A DNA stretch of 61,802 bases, the filler included. It is 4 parts of 4 records of this genome, joined end to end, with 100 filler letters (N's around TTAATTAATTAA, not from the genome) between each part and the next. Parts side by side here need not be neighbours in the genome. Positions count along the whole stretch, not along the records: positions 41,687 to 54,900 come from DRR723986_13749; 3 more parts are not named here. The stretch is one strand, 5' to 3'. The notes below the pieces were generated by a model that had not been told where the DNA came from, made no database searches, and saw only the letters and a program-made list of their open reading frames with translations. Below, piece after piece: positions 42,091-52,108 of this stretch. The translations under genes and the position numbers were made by a program. Position 1 is the first letter of the stretch. Every line of letters starts with the position of its first letter.

Positions 42091-43110
42091 ATGAGCATTC
42101 ACCATTCCCCCCCCATTTTGCCCACCGTTTCACGGGCTTTTTTGCAGGACTGGCTGACGACGCTCAGCGATCAATGCCCACCCCAACGCCTGTCTGAGAT
42201 TCTGCGTCAGGCGGGGGTTACGCCCACTGAAATTCCGCGATCCCGCGTGACCCATGACCAGTTTGTGCGCCTTTACAAATTGGTGGTGGACGAAACCCAA
42301 GACGAGATGATGGGCCTGTGGAGCCGCCCCATTCGCCCCGGCGCGCTCAAACATTTATGCACATCTGTTCGGGGGGCCTCTTCTTTGTCCGCCGCTCTGT
42401 TTCGCTTTACCTCGTTTTGGAATTTGCTGCTCGACGACTACCAACTAACGCTTGAAAATGACGGGGATCTGTTGCGCGTCGAATTGTTGCCGCGCGGCGC
42501 CCCCACCCCGCAACGGTTCGGGCAGGTTCTTTTGCTGAAACTGACACATGGGGTCACCTCATGGCTGGTGGGGCGCGAACTGCCCCTGCATGACGTTGGC
42601 TTTGTGTTTCCCCGCCCAGAGTTCGCCCAAGACTATCCCATCCTGTTCCCAGCCCCTGTGCGGTTTGATCAGCGGTTTTCATCAATCACCTTTGCCGGGG
42701 TGCAGGCAGAAATGCCCGTGTCCCGCAGCGATTCAGAAATGCAGGAGTTCTTGCAACGCGCCCCGCGCGATTGGATTTTCACCAGCCTGCGCGAGCACAC
42801 TCTATCGCTGCAGATCCGGGAATTGCTGCTGCAAGCGGACCAGCTGGAGTATCGACTGAAAGATGCGGCACAGGCCCTGAACCTGACTCCGCGCACGTTG
42901 ATGCGCCGCCTTGATGCCGAAGGCACCTCTTTTCAAGGGATCAAAGATGATCTGAGGCGGGATATCGCCATTCGGGATCTGACGCATGGAAACAAAAGCA
43001 TCGAGGCAATCTCACAAGACATTGGGTTTGCTTCGGCGGCCAATTTCCATCGCGCGTTCAAACGATGGACCGACGCGACACCCGGCACTTATCGTCAGAA
43101 AATGCCCTAG
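42091..43110 (+). CDS. AraC-family transcriptional regulator
   Basis: C-terminal AAQALNLTPRTLMRRL...IGFASAANFHRAFKRWT; divergent from the acyl-CoA dehydrogenase; start estimated at ATG 42091. Confidence 0.93.
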   Translation: MSIHHSPPILPTVSRAFLQDWLTTLSDQCPPQRLSEILRQAGVTPTEIPRSRVTHDQFVRLYKLVVDETQDEMMGLWSRPIRPGALKHLCTSVRGASSLSAALFRFTSFWNLLLDDYQLTLENDGDLLRVELLPRGAPTPQRFGQVLLLKLTHGVTSWLVGRELPLHDVGFVFPRPEFAQDYPILFPAPVRFDQRFSSITFAGVQAEMPVSRSDSEMQEFLQRAPRDWIFTSLREHTLSLQIRELLLQADQLEYRLKDAAQALNLTPRTLMRRLDAEGTSFQGIKDDLRRDIAIRDLTHGNKSIEAISQDIGFASAANFHRAFKRWTDATPGTYRQKMP

Positions 43111-43286
43111 ACACCGCTTTTGACTTAGCAACTGTCCGGGAAAGCCGTTTTTTTGTCAGCCTTGCGTCTCAACCAACTCTTACGTGTATTTTCAGAGCAA
43201 ATAACCCGCGCCTTTTGGTTGATTTTTGTGTGCGTAATCTGGAAACTCGTCTCAAACCGAACGGTGCGTTTAAGAGGTAGGCAGGA

Positions 43287-44150
43287 ATGAATTCAAGCAA
43301 CCAAAAACAGTCTTTGATTGCACGCGTAATCAAAGAACCTCTTTTTGCTTTCATGATCGTCGGAGGTCTTATTTTTGGAATTTCCGCAGCCCTTCAACCT
43401 CAAACCTCTGAAAAACATGACAATATTATTGAAGTTTCTGATGTAACCATCGACAGATTAACGGCTCAATTCGAGGCGGCTTGGAAACGCGATCCGACGC
43501 CAGAGGAAATGCAGGGCCTAATCGATACCTTCATTCGAGAAGAGGTCTTGGTTCGCGAAGCTTTGGCATTGTCCATGGATCAAGCAGACGCTGTGATCCG
43601 CCGTCGTTTGGTGCAGAAAATGACCTTTCTTATGGAATCCGCATCTTCGGGTGCACAACCCTCTGACGCGGAATTGCAGGCCTTTTTTGAGGCAAACAAA
43701 GACACGTATGCCGGCAAACAAAAACAAAGCTTTGAACAGGTCTATTTGGGGGCACAGGTATCGCAAGACGACGCATCACGCGCATTGGCAGCATTGAACG
43801 ATGGTGCGGATCCGCTAACGGTCGGGCAACCCTCGCTTATGCCCGGCGCTTTGACGCGCGCCCCCGCGCAAGTCGTTGATGCCACCTTTGGCAGAGGGTT
43901 CTTTGCCAGCGTCCTTTCGCAGCCCACCGGAGTTTGGGACGGGCCCGTGAGATCGGGCTATGGATATCACTTGGTGCGTGTAACCGAACGGCCAGTGGCG
44001 GCCGACCCAGCCCTAGATGACGTCAGAGAAAAAGTAATTGAAGACTGGGCGCAGCAAGCCACCGACGACATATCCAAAAAAATGTACCAAGCCATGTTAG
44101 CGAATTTCGACGTCACCCTGCCCGATGCACAACAGAATGTAACGCAATGA
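43287..44150 (+). CDS. Membrane-anchored PpiC/rotamase-like protein
   Basis: KEPLFAF TM, REEVLVREALAL...DAVIRRRLVQKM, WDGPVRSGYGYHLV. Confidence 0.85.
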   Translation: MNSSNQKQSLIARVIKEPLFAFMIVGGLIFGISAALQPQTSEKHDNIIEVSDVTIDRLTAQFEAAWKRDPTPEEMQGLIDTFIREEVLVREALALSMDQADAVIRRRLVQKMTFLMESASSGAQPSDAELQAFFEANKDTYAGKQKQSFEQVYLGAQVSQDDASRALAALNDGADPLTVGQPSLMPGALTRAPAQVVDATFGRGFFASVLSQPTGVWDGPVRSGYGYHLVRVTERPVAADPALDDVREKVIEDWAQQATDDISKKMYQAMLANFDVTLPDAQQNVTQ

Positions 44151-45166
44151 GGATGTGGATCGCAGCATTCCTTGCCTTTGTCATAGCGTGGATGCCCGTG
44201 CAGCCTGTTCTGGCCCATGCCTTGCAGCCCGGATACCTAGAGATTTCCCATCTGGGCGCAGAGACGTATCGGATTTTCTGGCGCAAACCCGATGTGAAGG
44301 GCAAAGCCATGGCGCTTGAGGCCACTTTGCCCGAAAACTGCACTCCGTCCATTGGGCCCGAGCCCAGATTTGACGGAATCGCATGGATCGCATCATGGTC
44401 GGCAACCTGTTCAGGGGGGCTTGCGGGCGGTCAAATCAACATTGGCGGGTTGGAACACACCCAAACGGATGTTCTGGTCCGCTACCCGTCATCAACTGGC
44501 GCCGCCTTAACACAGCGCCTGACGCCGGATTTCGCGTCGTTTGAGGTTCAGTCAGATCCCGATATCTGGACCGTTATCAGCAGCTATTTCTACCTTGGGC
44601 TAGAGCATATTCTAGGTGGGTTCGATCATCTGCTGTTTGTATTGGCCCTGCTTTTGTTGATCCGGGATCGATGGCGGCTTGTAGGCGCGATCACCGCTTT
44701 TACAGTCGCTCACAGCATCACAATGGCAGGTGCCACGTTGGGCTATGTGTCCCTGCCCGGCCCCCCTGTCGAAGCGGTCATTGCCCTGTCGATCATGTTT
44801 GTCGCCTCTGAATTGCTGAAACGCGATCCTGACACGCCGCGTTTTTCCGAGTTGTATCCATGGAGCGTTTCGTTCTTGTTCGGCTTGCTGCACGGATTTG
44901 GCTTTGCGGGGGCTCTGGCAGAAATTGGGCTACCGTCCGGCGATGTTCCCTTGGCGTTGCTGTCGTTCAACCTTGGTGTTGAGGCGGGTCAGCTTTTGTT
45001 TATCGCGGTGGTATTGGTCGCGGGTTATATCCTCAAACGTCTGTTAGAGCCGCGCGGTCTGCTGCCGCCCAAACTCCGCATGAATGTAAGTTGGGGGTCT
45101 GCACAGCTGATCGGTATCATGGCCGCCTATTGGCTGATCGAACGGGTCACAGGTATTCTGACATAG
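44147..45166 (+). CDS. HupE/UreJ-like membrane protein with periplasmic N-domain
   Basis: AHALQPGYL after the signal peptide, GLEHILGGFDHLLF, TAFTVAHSIT, FGLLHGFGFAG, FNLGVEAGQ; overlaps the upstream stop (ATGA). Confidence 0.88.
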   Translation: MRMWIAAFLAFVIAWMPVQPVLAHALQPGYLEISHLGAETYRIFWRKPDVKGKAMALEATLPENCTPSIGPEPRFDGIAWIASWSATCSGGLAGGQINIGGLEHTQTDVLVRYPSSTGAALTQRLTPDFASFEVQSDPDIWTVISSYFYLGLEHILGGFDHLLFVLALLLLIRDRWRLVGAITAFTVAHSITMAGATLGYVSLPGPPVEAVIALSIMFVASELLKRDPDTPRFSELYPWSVSFLFGLLHGFGFAGALAEIGLPSGDVPLALLSFNLGVEAGQLLFIAVVLVAGYILKRLLEPRGLLPPKLRMNVSWGSAQLIGIMAAYWLIERVTGILT

Positions 45167-45171
45167 CACCA

Positions 45172-46095
45172 TCAGCGGCTCAGGGTGTTCCCTGACTTGG
45201 CCTTGGCAATCATCCAATCGCGCACCTGTTCCGCCTGCGGAATAAGGGGCGTTTCGGTTGACCAAACCAAATAAAAGCCGTTGCCGGTTTCCCAGCTCCA
45301 TTCGGGGCGCGCGGCCAGCAGTCCTTTTTCGATCAGATTGTCGGTGACATGCTGCCAGCCAAAGGCAAACCCCTCGCCCGCCATGGCGGCCTGCAGAACC
45401 AAAGCATAGTCATTCAGGCGCAGACCCGCCTTTGGCGTTCCGCCCGGCACCCCAAAGTGGGCAAACCATTGATCCCATGTGGGTCTTTCGCGAACCGGTT
45501 CTTCCAGATGGATCAACCGTTCATGCAGCAAATTCGCCGCGGTTTTCAAATTGATTGCCGAGGCCATCAACCGGGGGTTTGCAATCGGGAAAATAACCTC
45601 GGGCGCGATCAAAACCGATTGCACACCGGGCCAAACCCCATTGCCCCGACGAATGGCAAGGCTGATCCCTTCCGAGCCGATATCCGGTTCTCGGTCACTG
45701 GTCTGCAATCGCAAATCAACGTTTGGATGTTTCTCGTGCAAGTCTTCGAGCCGGGGCACCATCCAATAATAAGCAAAAGCGGTTGAAACCGACAGGGTCA
45801 CGTGATCGTTCTGGCCACGTTGATGAATCGCAAGGGCCGCATTTTGAATGTGGCCCAAGCCAATAGACACATCCGTAAAAAACCGCTCGCCCGCTTTGGT
45901 CAGTTCTATCTTTCGATGGCTGCGATGAAACAGGGTAACACCCAGCGACCCTTCCAACTGCTTGATCGCCATGCTGACCGCAGGTTGCTGAATATTCAAT
46001 TCTCCTGCCGCCCGTGTGAATGATCCAAGACGCGCGGCGGCCTCGAAAACAATCAAGTGGCGTGGGCTATTCAAGAGTTTCCAGAGATTTCGCAT
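45172..46095 (-). CDS. LysR-family regulator (GcvA-like)
   Basis: FEAAARLGSFTRAAGELNIQQPAVSMAIKQLE HTH; divergent from the MttB gene. Confidence 0.95.
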   Translation of the reverse strand: MRNLWKLLNSPRHLIVFEAAARLGSFTRAAGELNIQQPAVSMAIKQLEGSLGVTLFHRSHRKIELTKAGERFFTDVSIGLGHIQNAALAIHQRGQNDHVTLSVSTAFAYYWMVPRLEDLHEKHPNVDLRLQTSDREPDIGSEGISLAIRRGNGVWPGVQSVLIAPEVIFPIANPRLMASAINLKTAANLLHERLIHLEEPVRERPTWDQWFAHFGVPGGTPKAGLRLNDYALVLQAAMAGEGFAFGWQHVTDNLIEKGLLAARPEWSWETGNGFYLVWSTETPLIPQAEQVRDWMIAKAKSGNTLSR

Positions 46096-46190
46096 TTTCT
46101 GTGCTTATCCTAAAGATCAAAAATTTCAAGCGTCACAAGGGCAATTCACACAGCTAACATTCGGTCATCAAATGTTGCTGGAGACACCCC

Positions 46191-47711
46191 ATGGCCAGAC
46201 GTTCCCGCGCTGCGCGTGACAGACAGACCCAAATACCCGGCGCGCCTGCATCGCCTTGGATCAAGCGCACCCTGCCGTTTTTTGACATGCTGGACGAAGA
46301 GGCCCTGCAAAAACTAGAGGCCCAAGTGGATTGGCTGTTGCAGGATATTGGCATTGCCTTTCGCGACGACCCCGAGGCGCTGCGGATCTGGAAACAAGCG
46401 GGCGCCACGCTGGACGGGGATATCATCCGCGCCGATGCACAGTGGATACGGTCCTTATGCGCCAAAGCCCCCAGCGAATTTACCCAACTGGCCCGAAACC
46501 CGGCGCGCTCGGTCACCATAGGGGGCAACAATCAGGTCTTTGCGCCCATATATGGGGCGCCATTTGTACGCGATCTGGAAGGCGGTCGCCGATATGGTGA
46601 CATGGATAGCTTTGAAAAGCTGGTCAAACTCACCTACATGCACCCCAATCTGCATCACGGGGGTTTCGTCATCTGCGAACCCTGTGATGTGCCGGTTTCC
46701 AAACGTCATTTCGATATGCTTTTTGCGCATATGACACTCAGCGACAAACCCCACCTTGGGGCGATCACCGAAATGAGCCGCGCCCAAGACAGCGTCGACA
46801 TGGCGGAAATCGTCTTTGGCCGCGAGGTGATGGACAACAATTGCGTCATCATGGGCAACGTCAACACCAACTCTCCGTTGTTGGTGGACAAGGTGGTGAC
46901 CGAAGCCATCCGCACCTATTCCGCCCGGGGTCAGGGGATTATCGTGGTCCCGTTTATCCTGTCTGGTGCGATGGGTCCGGTGTCCACCGCCGCATCCGTT
47001 GCCCAAGCGATGGCCGAGGCGATGATGGTCTGCGCTTTTACCCAGCTCGTCCGCCCCGGCGCACCGTTTGTGTTGGGCAACTTCCTCAGCTCAATGTCGC
47101 TGAAATCCGGCGCGCCCACGTTTGGCATGCCAGAGCCGGTGATTTCAAACTATGCCATTGGCCAGCTTGCACGCCGGGCTGGCCTGCCGTTGCGATGCGG
47201 CGGGTCGCTGACTGCCTCCAAGATCGAGGATGCACAAGCCGCTTATGAAAGTGCGGACTCAATGCACTCCACCATGCTGGCGGGGGCCAACTATGTGCTG
47301 CATTCGGCTGGCTGGCTCGAAGGGGGTCTGTGCACCGGGTTTGAAAAGCTCATTATGGATGCCGACCGTCTGGGATCATATCAAAAGGTCCTGTCCCAAG
47401 GTTTGGACACAAGCGACGAAGCCTTTGCGCGGGATGCCTATGGCGAAGTTGCCCCCGGCGGTCATTTTCTTGGCTCCGGGCACACTATGCGCAACTATCA
47501 GACCGCGTTTTATGAACCTGCCCTCAGCGACAGTGAAAACGTCGAAAGCTGGGAAGACGGCGGATCAAAGGACATGCGCCAACGCGCCTATGATCGCTGG
47601 AATGCAATGCTGTCCCAATACCAGGCTCCGCCAATGGACCCCGCAACCAAAGAAGAATTGTCCGCCTATGTTGCCAAGCGCAAAGAAGAGATCCCCGATG
47701 CTTGGTACTGA
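46191..47711 (+). CDS. Trimethylamine methyltransferase (MttB) superfamily protein, non-pyrrolysine
   Basis: YGAPFVRD, NTNSPL, GAMGPVS, SGAPTFG, GGSLTASKIEDAQAAYES, HSAGWLEGGL, GPGG-like APGGHFLG; no in-frame TAG. Confidence 0.93.
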   Translation: MARRSRAARDRQTQIPGAPASPWIKRTLPFFDMLDEEALQKLEAQVDWLLQDIGIAFRDDPEALRIWKQAGATLDGDIIRADAQWIRSLCAKAPSEFTQLARNPARSVTIGGNNQVFAPIYGAPFVRDLEGGRRYGDMDSFEKLVKLTYMHPNLHHGGFVICEPCDVPVSKRHFDMLFAHMTLSDKPHLGAITEMSRAQDSVDMAEIVFGREVMDNNCVIMGNVNTNSPLLVDKVVTEAIRTYSARGQGIIVVPFILSGAMGPVSTAASVAQAMAEAMMVCAFTQLVRPGAPFVLGNFLSSMSLKSGAPTFGMPEPVISNYAIGQLARRAGLPLRCGGSLTASKIEDAQAAYESADSMHSTMLAGANYVLHSAGWLEGGLCTGFEKLIMDADRLGSYQKVLSQGLDTSDEAFARDAYGEVAPGGHFLGSGHTMRNYQTAFYEPALSDSENVESWEDGGSKDMRQRAYDRWNAMLSQYQAPPMDPATKEELSAYVAKRKEEIPDAWY

Positions 47712-47772
47712 GCCACGTTAACACCGCGACAATCCAGTCTGCCCCCCTGCACGCCTGTTAAAGAGATCCCAC

Positions 47773-50223
47773 ATGCCCGAAATTCAAAGCGACACCTCGA
47801 CCACCACCAAAAAGCTGCCCTCACACGCCAAAGTCGTCATCATTGGCGGCGGTGTTGTTGGCTGTTCCATTCTGTACCATCTGGCCAAATTCGGCTGGAA
47901 AGACGCCGTTCTCCTGGAACGGGACGAGCTGACATCAGGCTCGTCCTGGCACGCGGCTGGTCAGATCCACACCATCAGTTCAGACCCAAACATCTCGCGT
48001 CTGCAAAGCTATACCATTGATCTGTATAAAGAGATCGAAGAGCTATCGGGCCACTCGGTCGGATTGCACATCACCGGTGGGTTTTATCTGGCCTCGAACA
48101 AAACATGGTATGATTATCTCAAACGCGAACGCTCCAAAGCGCGCTACATGGGGCTCAACCAGGAATTCATTTCCCCAAAAGAGGTGGCCGAACGTCATCC
48201 GCTGATCGACCCCAGCCATTATCACGCCGCGTTGTGGGATGATCAGGATGGTGATCTGGACCCGTCTGGGGCCACCTATGCCTTTGCCAAGGCCGCCAAA
48301 GTCCACGGCGCGCAATATTTCACACATACCCCGGCAACTGCCACGAAACAGCGCCCCGATGGCAGCTGGGATGTGACCACGCCCAAGGGGGTGATCAACG
48401 CCGAACACATTGTGAACTGCGGTGGCCTGTGGGCACGCGAAGTCGGGCATATGCAGGGTCTGAACCTGCCGGTGCAGCCGATGGAACACCACTATCTGAT
48501 CACTGAAAAAATCGACGCCGTTGCCAACCACCCAACCCGCCTGCCTGCCGGGATCGATTACGAGGCGAACATCTACTTCCGCCAGGAACGTCAGGGGATG
48601 CTTTTGGGCACGTACGAGCCCAAAGGCACACCTTGGAAAGTTGGCGGCACCCCATGGGATTTCGGGCATGAACTGCTGCAACCCGATCTGGACCGCATTG
48701 CCGATCGACTAGAGATGTCATTCGAACGTATCCCAGCGATTGGCGAGGCCGGCATCAAGGATATGATCAACGGGCCGTTTACCTTTGGCCCCGATGGCAA
48801 CCCGATGATTGGCCCGGTGCCGGGGATGAAAAACTATTGGTGCGCCGTGGGCGTGATGGCCGGGTTCTGTCAGGGCGGCGGCGTGGGCCTGACCATGGCC
48901 GAGTGGATGATCGACGGCGAACCCAGCATTGATGTCTGGGCCATGGATGTGGCGCGTTTTGGTGATTTTGCCACCCCCGACTGGGGCACGGTCAAGTCGA
49001 CCGAAAACTACGAACGTCGCTTTGTCATGACATTTCCCAATGAAACGCTGCCCAAGGGACGGATGCAAAAAACCACTGCCCTGCATGACCGCCTTGTCGC
49101 CAAAGGCGCGCGGATGGGGCAGAGCTTTGGTCTGGAAAATGCGTTGTGGTTTGCGGATGGGCCCGCGGACGCCCACGAAGACCCCACGTTCGAGCGCAAC
49201 CGCAGCCATGACTATGTCGCGCGCGAGGTCAAAGCCGTGCGCGAGGCGGTGGGCGGCATTGAAATCGCCAATTTCGCCAAACATGAATTCAAAGGCGCGG
49301 GCGCGCGCGCCTATCTGGATCGGACCCTGGCAGGATACGTCCCCAAACCGGGCCGCCTGACTCTGACCCCAATGCTGACACCCAAGGGCAAGCTGTACGG
49401 GGATCTGACGGTTGCCTGTTTAAGCGAGGACCATTTCATCCTGTTCGGGTCAGGCACCATGCAAGAGGCCCATCGCCGTTGGTTTGAAAAGGATCTGCCC
49501 AGCGATTTGACCTATGCCAATGTCAGCGATGACTGGCATGGGATCGCCCTGTCCGGTCCAAAGTCGCGCGATTTGCTGGCCCGCCTCACCCGTGACGACG
49601 TTTCAGCGGATGCGTTCAAATTCCGCGATCTGCGCCAGACCTATGTCGGGGGCGTCCCTGTCATTTTGAACCGGATCTCGTTCAGTGGTGAGCTGGGCTA
49701 TGAAATCTATTGCAAACCGCAATACCTGCTGCGTCTGGCAGAAGCAATTGAAGAGGCAGGCGCTGACCTCGGCTATCGCTGGTATGGCGCACGCGCGCTG
49801 ATGTCGATGCGGTTGGAAAAAGGTTGGGGCGTGTGGACACTGGATTTCCGGCCCGATTTCGACGCCGTTGAATCCGGGATGGATGTGTTCATCAACTGGA
49901 AGAAAGACTTCGTCGGCAAAGACGCCACCCTTGCGGCACGTGATACCGGCCCCAAACAAAAGCTGGTCACGATGACCATAGATGTGGACGGAATTGATGT
50001 CAGCAACGACGAGGCAATTCTGAAAGATGGCACCGCCGTCGGATATATCTCGTCTGGCGGATATGCCCACCACGTAAGCAAATCCATGGCCATGGGATAT
50101 GTCAGCACGCAACATGCCGAGGCGGGCACCCAGCTGCAGGTCGAAATTCTGGGCGATCTTTATGACGCCGAGGTGTTGGGCGCGCCGATCTACGATGCCA
50201 GCGGCGCCAACATGCGGGCCTAA
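47773..50223 (+). CDS. FAD-dependent oxidoreductase with GcvT folate-binding domain (dimethylglycine/sarcosine dehydrogenase-like)
   Basis: IIGGGVVG, LTSGSSWHAAG (covalent FAD His), FGPDGNP, RISFSGELGYEI, SMRLEKG. Confidence 0.93.
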   Translation: MPEIQSDTSTTTKKLPSHAKVVIIGGGVVGCSILYHLAKFGWKDAVLLERDELTSGSSWHAAGQIHTISSDPNISRLQSYTIDLYKEIEELSGHSVGLHITGGFYLASNKTWYDYLKRERSKARYMGLNQEFISPKEVAERHPLIDPSHYHAALWDDQDGDLDPSGATYAFAKAAKVHGAQYFTHTPATATKQRPDGSWDVTTPKGVINAEHIVNCGGLWAREVGHMQGLNLPVQPMEHHYLITEKIDAVANHPTRLPAGIDYEANIYFRQERQGMLLGTYEPKGTPWKVGGTPWDFGHELLQPDLDRIADRLEMSFERIPAIGEAGIKDMINGPFTFGPDGNPMIGPVPGMKNYWCAVGVMAGFCQGGGVGLTMAEWMIDGEPSIDVWAMDVARFGDFATPDWGTVKSTENYERRFVMTFPNETLPKGRMQKTTALHDRLVAKGARMGQSFGLENALWFADGPADAHEDPTFERNRSHDYVAREVKAVREAVGGIEIANFAKHEFKGAGARAYLDRTLAGYVPKPGRLTLTPMLTPKGKLYGDLTVACLSEDHFILFGSGTMQEAHRRWFEKDLPSDLTYANVSDDWHGIALSGPKSRDLLARLTRDDVSADAFKFRDLRQTYVGGVPVILNRISFSGELGYEIYCKPQYLLRLAEAIEEAGADLGYRWYGARALMSMRLEKGWGVWTLDFRPDFDAVESGMDVFINWKKDFVGKDATLAARDTGPKQKLVTMTIDVDGIDVSNDEAILKDGTAVGYISSGGYAHHVSKSMAMGYVSTQHAEAGTQLQVEILGDLYDAEVLGAPIYDASGANMRA

Positions 50224-50274
50224 CCCTGCAAAACCACCGATGTGTGCCCTTTCAAAGGGGCACGCACCACTCTG

Positions 50275-51099
50275 TCAGAGGTGATCCAAGGCTTCGTGCA
50301 ACTTGGCCAACTCGCCCTCGTGCATGGATATGGATTGGGCCGGATAGGGGAAATTGCGCGCCTGAACCTCGCTTTGGAACGCCTGCAACGCTGTGACCCG
50401 TTCGGAATAGATTTGCTGATGCAAACGGTTCAAATCACCAAACGCATGGGCGTGTTTCGGCGGGTTCTCTGCCTCTCCACAGATGTCAGCCATGAACAGA
50501 AAGATGATATCGCCCGCGTTTCCAGACCCAAGCGAGATCGTCACGATCGACGTCCGGTCGTTGAGCAAGCGCAGCGTATCCTCGGCCACACATTCAATCT
50601 CGCAGGCAAAGGCCCCGGCATTTTCATAGTCTTTGAAAGTCCGATAAATCGCCATCGCTTCGTCCGCGGTCCGACCAAAGGCCCGCAACCCACCAGCCCA
50701 ATGGCTGAGCGAGGGCACCAACCCCATGTGAACCTGAACTGGAATGCCCTCTTTCGCGAGCATTTCCACCACCTCGTAAGATCGGTTGGTGAAATACATA
50801 TCCGCGCCCTGTTCCATGCAAGTTATCGCATGGCGCATGATCTCATCCTTGGTGGCAAACTGCCCCCAGTTCATAGCCGTGCCCGCAAAATGGGTGGGGG
50901 CCAACGCCCGCGCCATGTCCAGATGCACATCCCACAGTGTCAGCGTGTCAATCCCGGCCTCAACGCAGGCTTTTATTTCGGCCTCATTGGCTGGATTGCA
51001 CATGGTCAGGCGCTGGCCGTTTGCTTTGAGATCTTGCAGATCCTTAGCCGTATAATTGCGCTGCGCGGGTTTTCGGCCAAAAGTATAGATGTTTTTCAC
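50275..51099 (-). CDS. Divergent PanB-like (ketopantoate hydroxymethyltransferase fold) protein
   Basis: GIPVQVHMGLVP, GGLRAFGRT, ENAGAFACEIECV, ISLGSG, PKHA; canonical GDS, DxPF and VKxEG motifs not recognisable. Confidence 0.85.
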   Translation of the reverse strand: MKNIYTFGRKPAQRNYTAKDLQDLKANGQRLTMCNPANEAEIKACVEAGIDTLTLWDVHLDMARALAPTHFAGTAMNWGQFATKDEIMRHAITCMEQGADMYFTNRSYEVVEMLAKEGIPVQVHMGLVPSLSHWAGGLRAFGRTADEAMAIYRTFKDYENAGAFACEIECVAEDTLRLLNDRTSIVTISLGSGNAGDIIFLFMADICGEAENPPKHAHAFGDLNRLHQQIYSERVTALQAFQSEVQARNFPYPAQSISMHEGELAKLHEALDHL

Positions 51100-51109
51100 A
51101 GGTCGATCC

Positions 51110-52108
51110 TCACTTGGTTAGCCAGATTTTGCGGCGGCGTTCTTTGACCAGCTCGTTTCCGTCCACAGTGCCATCGTGAAAGGTGTTGAACCACCGATCC
51201 CAAGGCGTTTCCCACGTGCCATAGTTGCAGTCGAAAAACTTGTGATGCAGCTGATGAAAGAAATCCCCCAGCGCAAATTTCCCGACTTTGCCCAGCTTGA
51301 TGTTTTCAAAACCTGCATGGGACGTGGGCGCGCCGATCCCGTGATGTAACAGCAAGAACAACACATGCACCGGATGCGCGGGCAGCAGGAAAAAGATCAT
51401 GGTGTCAAACATCAGGAAAAAGCTTTCGACCGGGTGCATGGCCAAGCCAGACCACGGGCCGGTGTTGATGTTCTTGTGATGCCAGCTGTGAAACCACGTA
51501 TACAGCTTGCCCACATGCAACAGCCGATGCAGCCAATAGAAATGCAGCCCGGCCCAAATTGGGATCGACACGATCAATGCAACGAACCAGATCGGGTTGC
51601 TCTGGACCGTGATCATCGTGGCCCAGCCATTGGCATAGGCGTACCACATCAGGCATTCCCAGAACGTCCAGAACGCAAGCGCGGGACCCAGAGACCAGAA
51701 CATGTTGTCCCAGACCTGATTTTTGAAATAGAAAACCTTGGCCCCCTTGGCCATGGGACGCATGTCATAGCGATAGTCGTCTTGCTGTGTTCGGTATTTC
51801 CACAAGGCCAGATGCAGCCCCCCCGCCACAGCCACCAAAATGATCAGGTTTCGCACCCAAATCTCAAAGATCCAGCTCGCTTCCAGCGTTTTCATGCGGG
51901 TCATGTCGGGCGTGAACCACGTCCAGACGGCCATCGCAACGATCAGGATCAGGAACCGCAATCCGACGGGGTTCCAGCTCTGCAAGAGATAGAGCAGGGA
52001 TGCCACAGGTCGGGCGGGCCAATCCCAATAGGGTGCCATGTTCAACGGCAAGGCAGGCGTGTAGTTCCATATCTTACGCGGGACACGCTTTGTTTCGGGG
52101 GTACCCAT
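51110..52108 (-). CDS. Sterol desaturase / fatty acid hydroxylase family membrane di-iron enzyme
   Basis: His boxes HFYWLHRLLH, HSWHH, HQLHH; CNYG and WDRWFNT; about 4 TMs; start moved to ATG 52108 (G-rich RBS). Confidence 0.9.
   Translation of the reverse strand: MGTPETKRVPRKIWNYTPALPLNMAPYWDWPARPVASLLYLLQSWNPVGLRFLILIVAMAVWTWFTPDMTRMKTLEASWIFEIWVRNLIILVAVAGGLHLALWKYRTQQDDYRYDMRPMAKGAKVFYFKNQVWDNMFWSLGPALAFWTFWECLMWYAYANGWATMITVQSNPIWFVALIVSIPIWAGLHFYWLHRLLHVGKLYTWFHSWHHKNINTGPWSGLAMHPVESFFLMFDTMIFFLLPAHPVHVLFLLLHHGIGAPTSHAGFENIKLGKVGKFALGDFFHQLHHKFFDCNYGTWETPWDRWFNTFHDGTVDGNELVKERRRKIWLTK

Noticed and set aside
46191-47711. Possible pyrrolysine recoding in MttB
   Set aside because: No in-frame TAG and no pyl genes in the window
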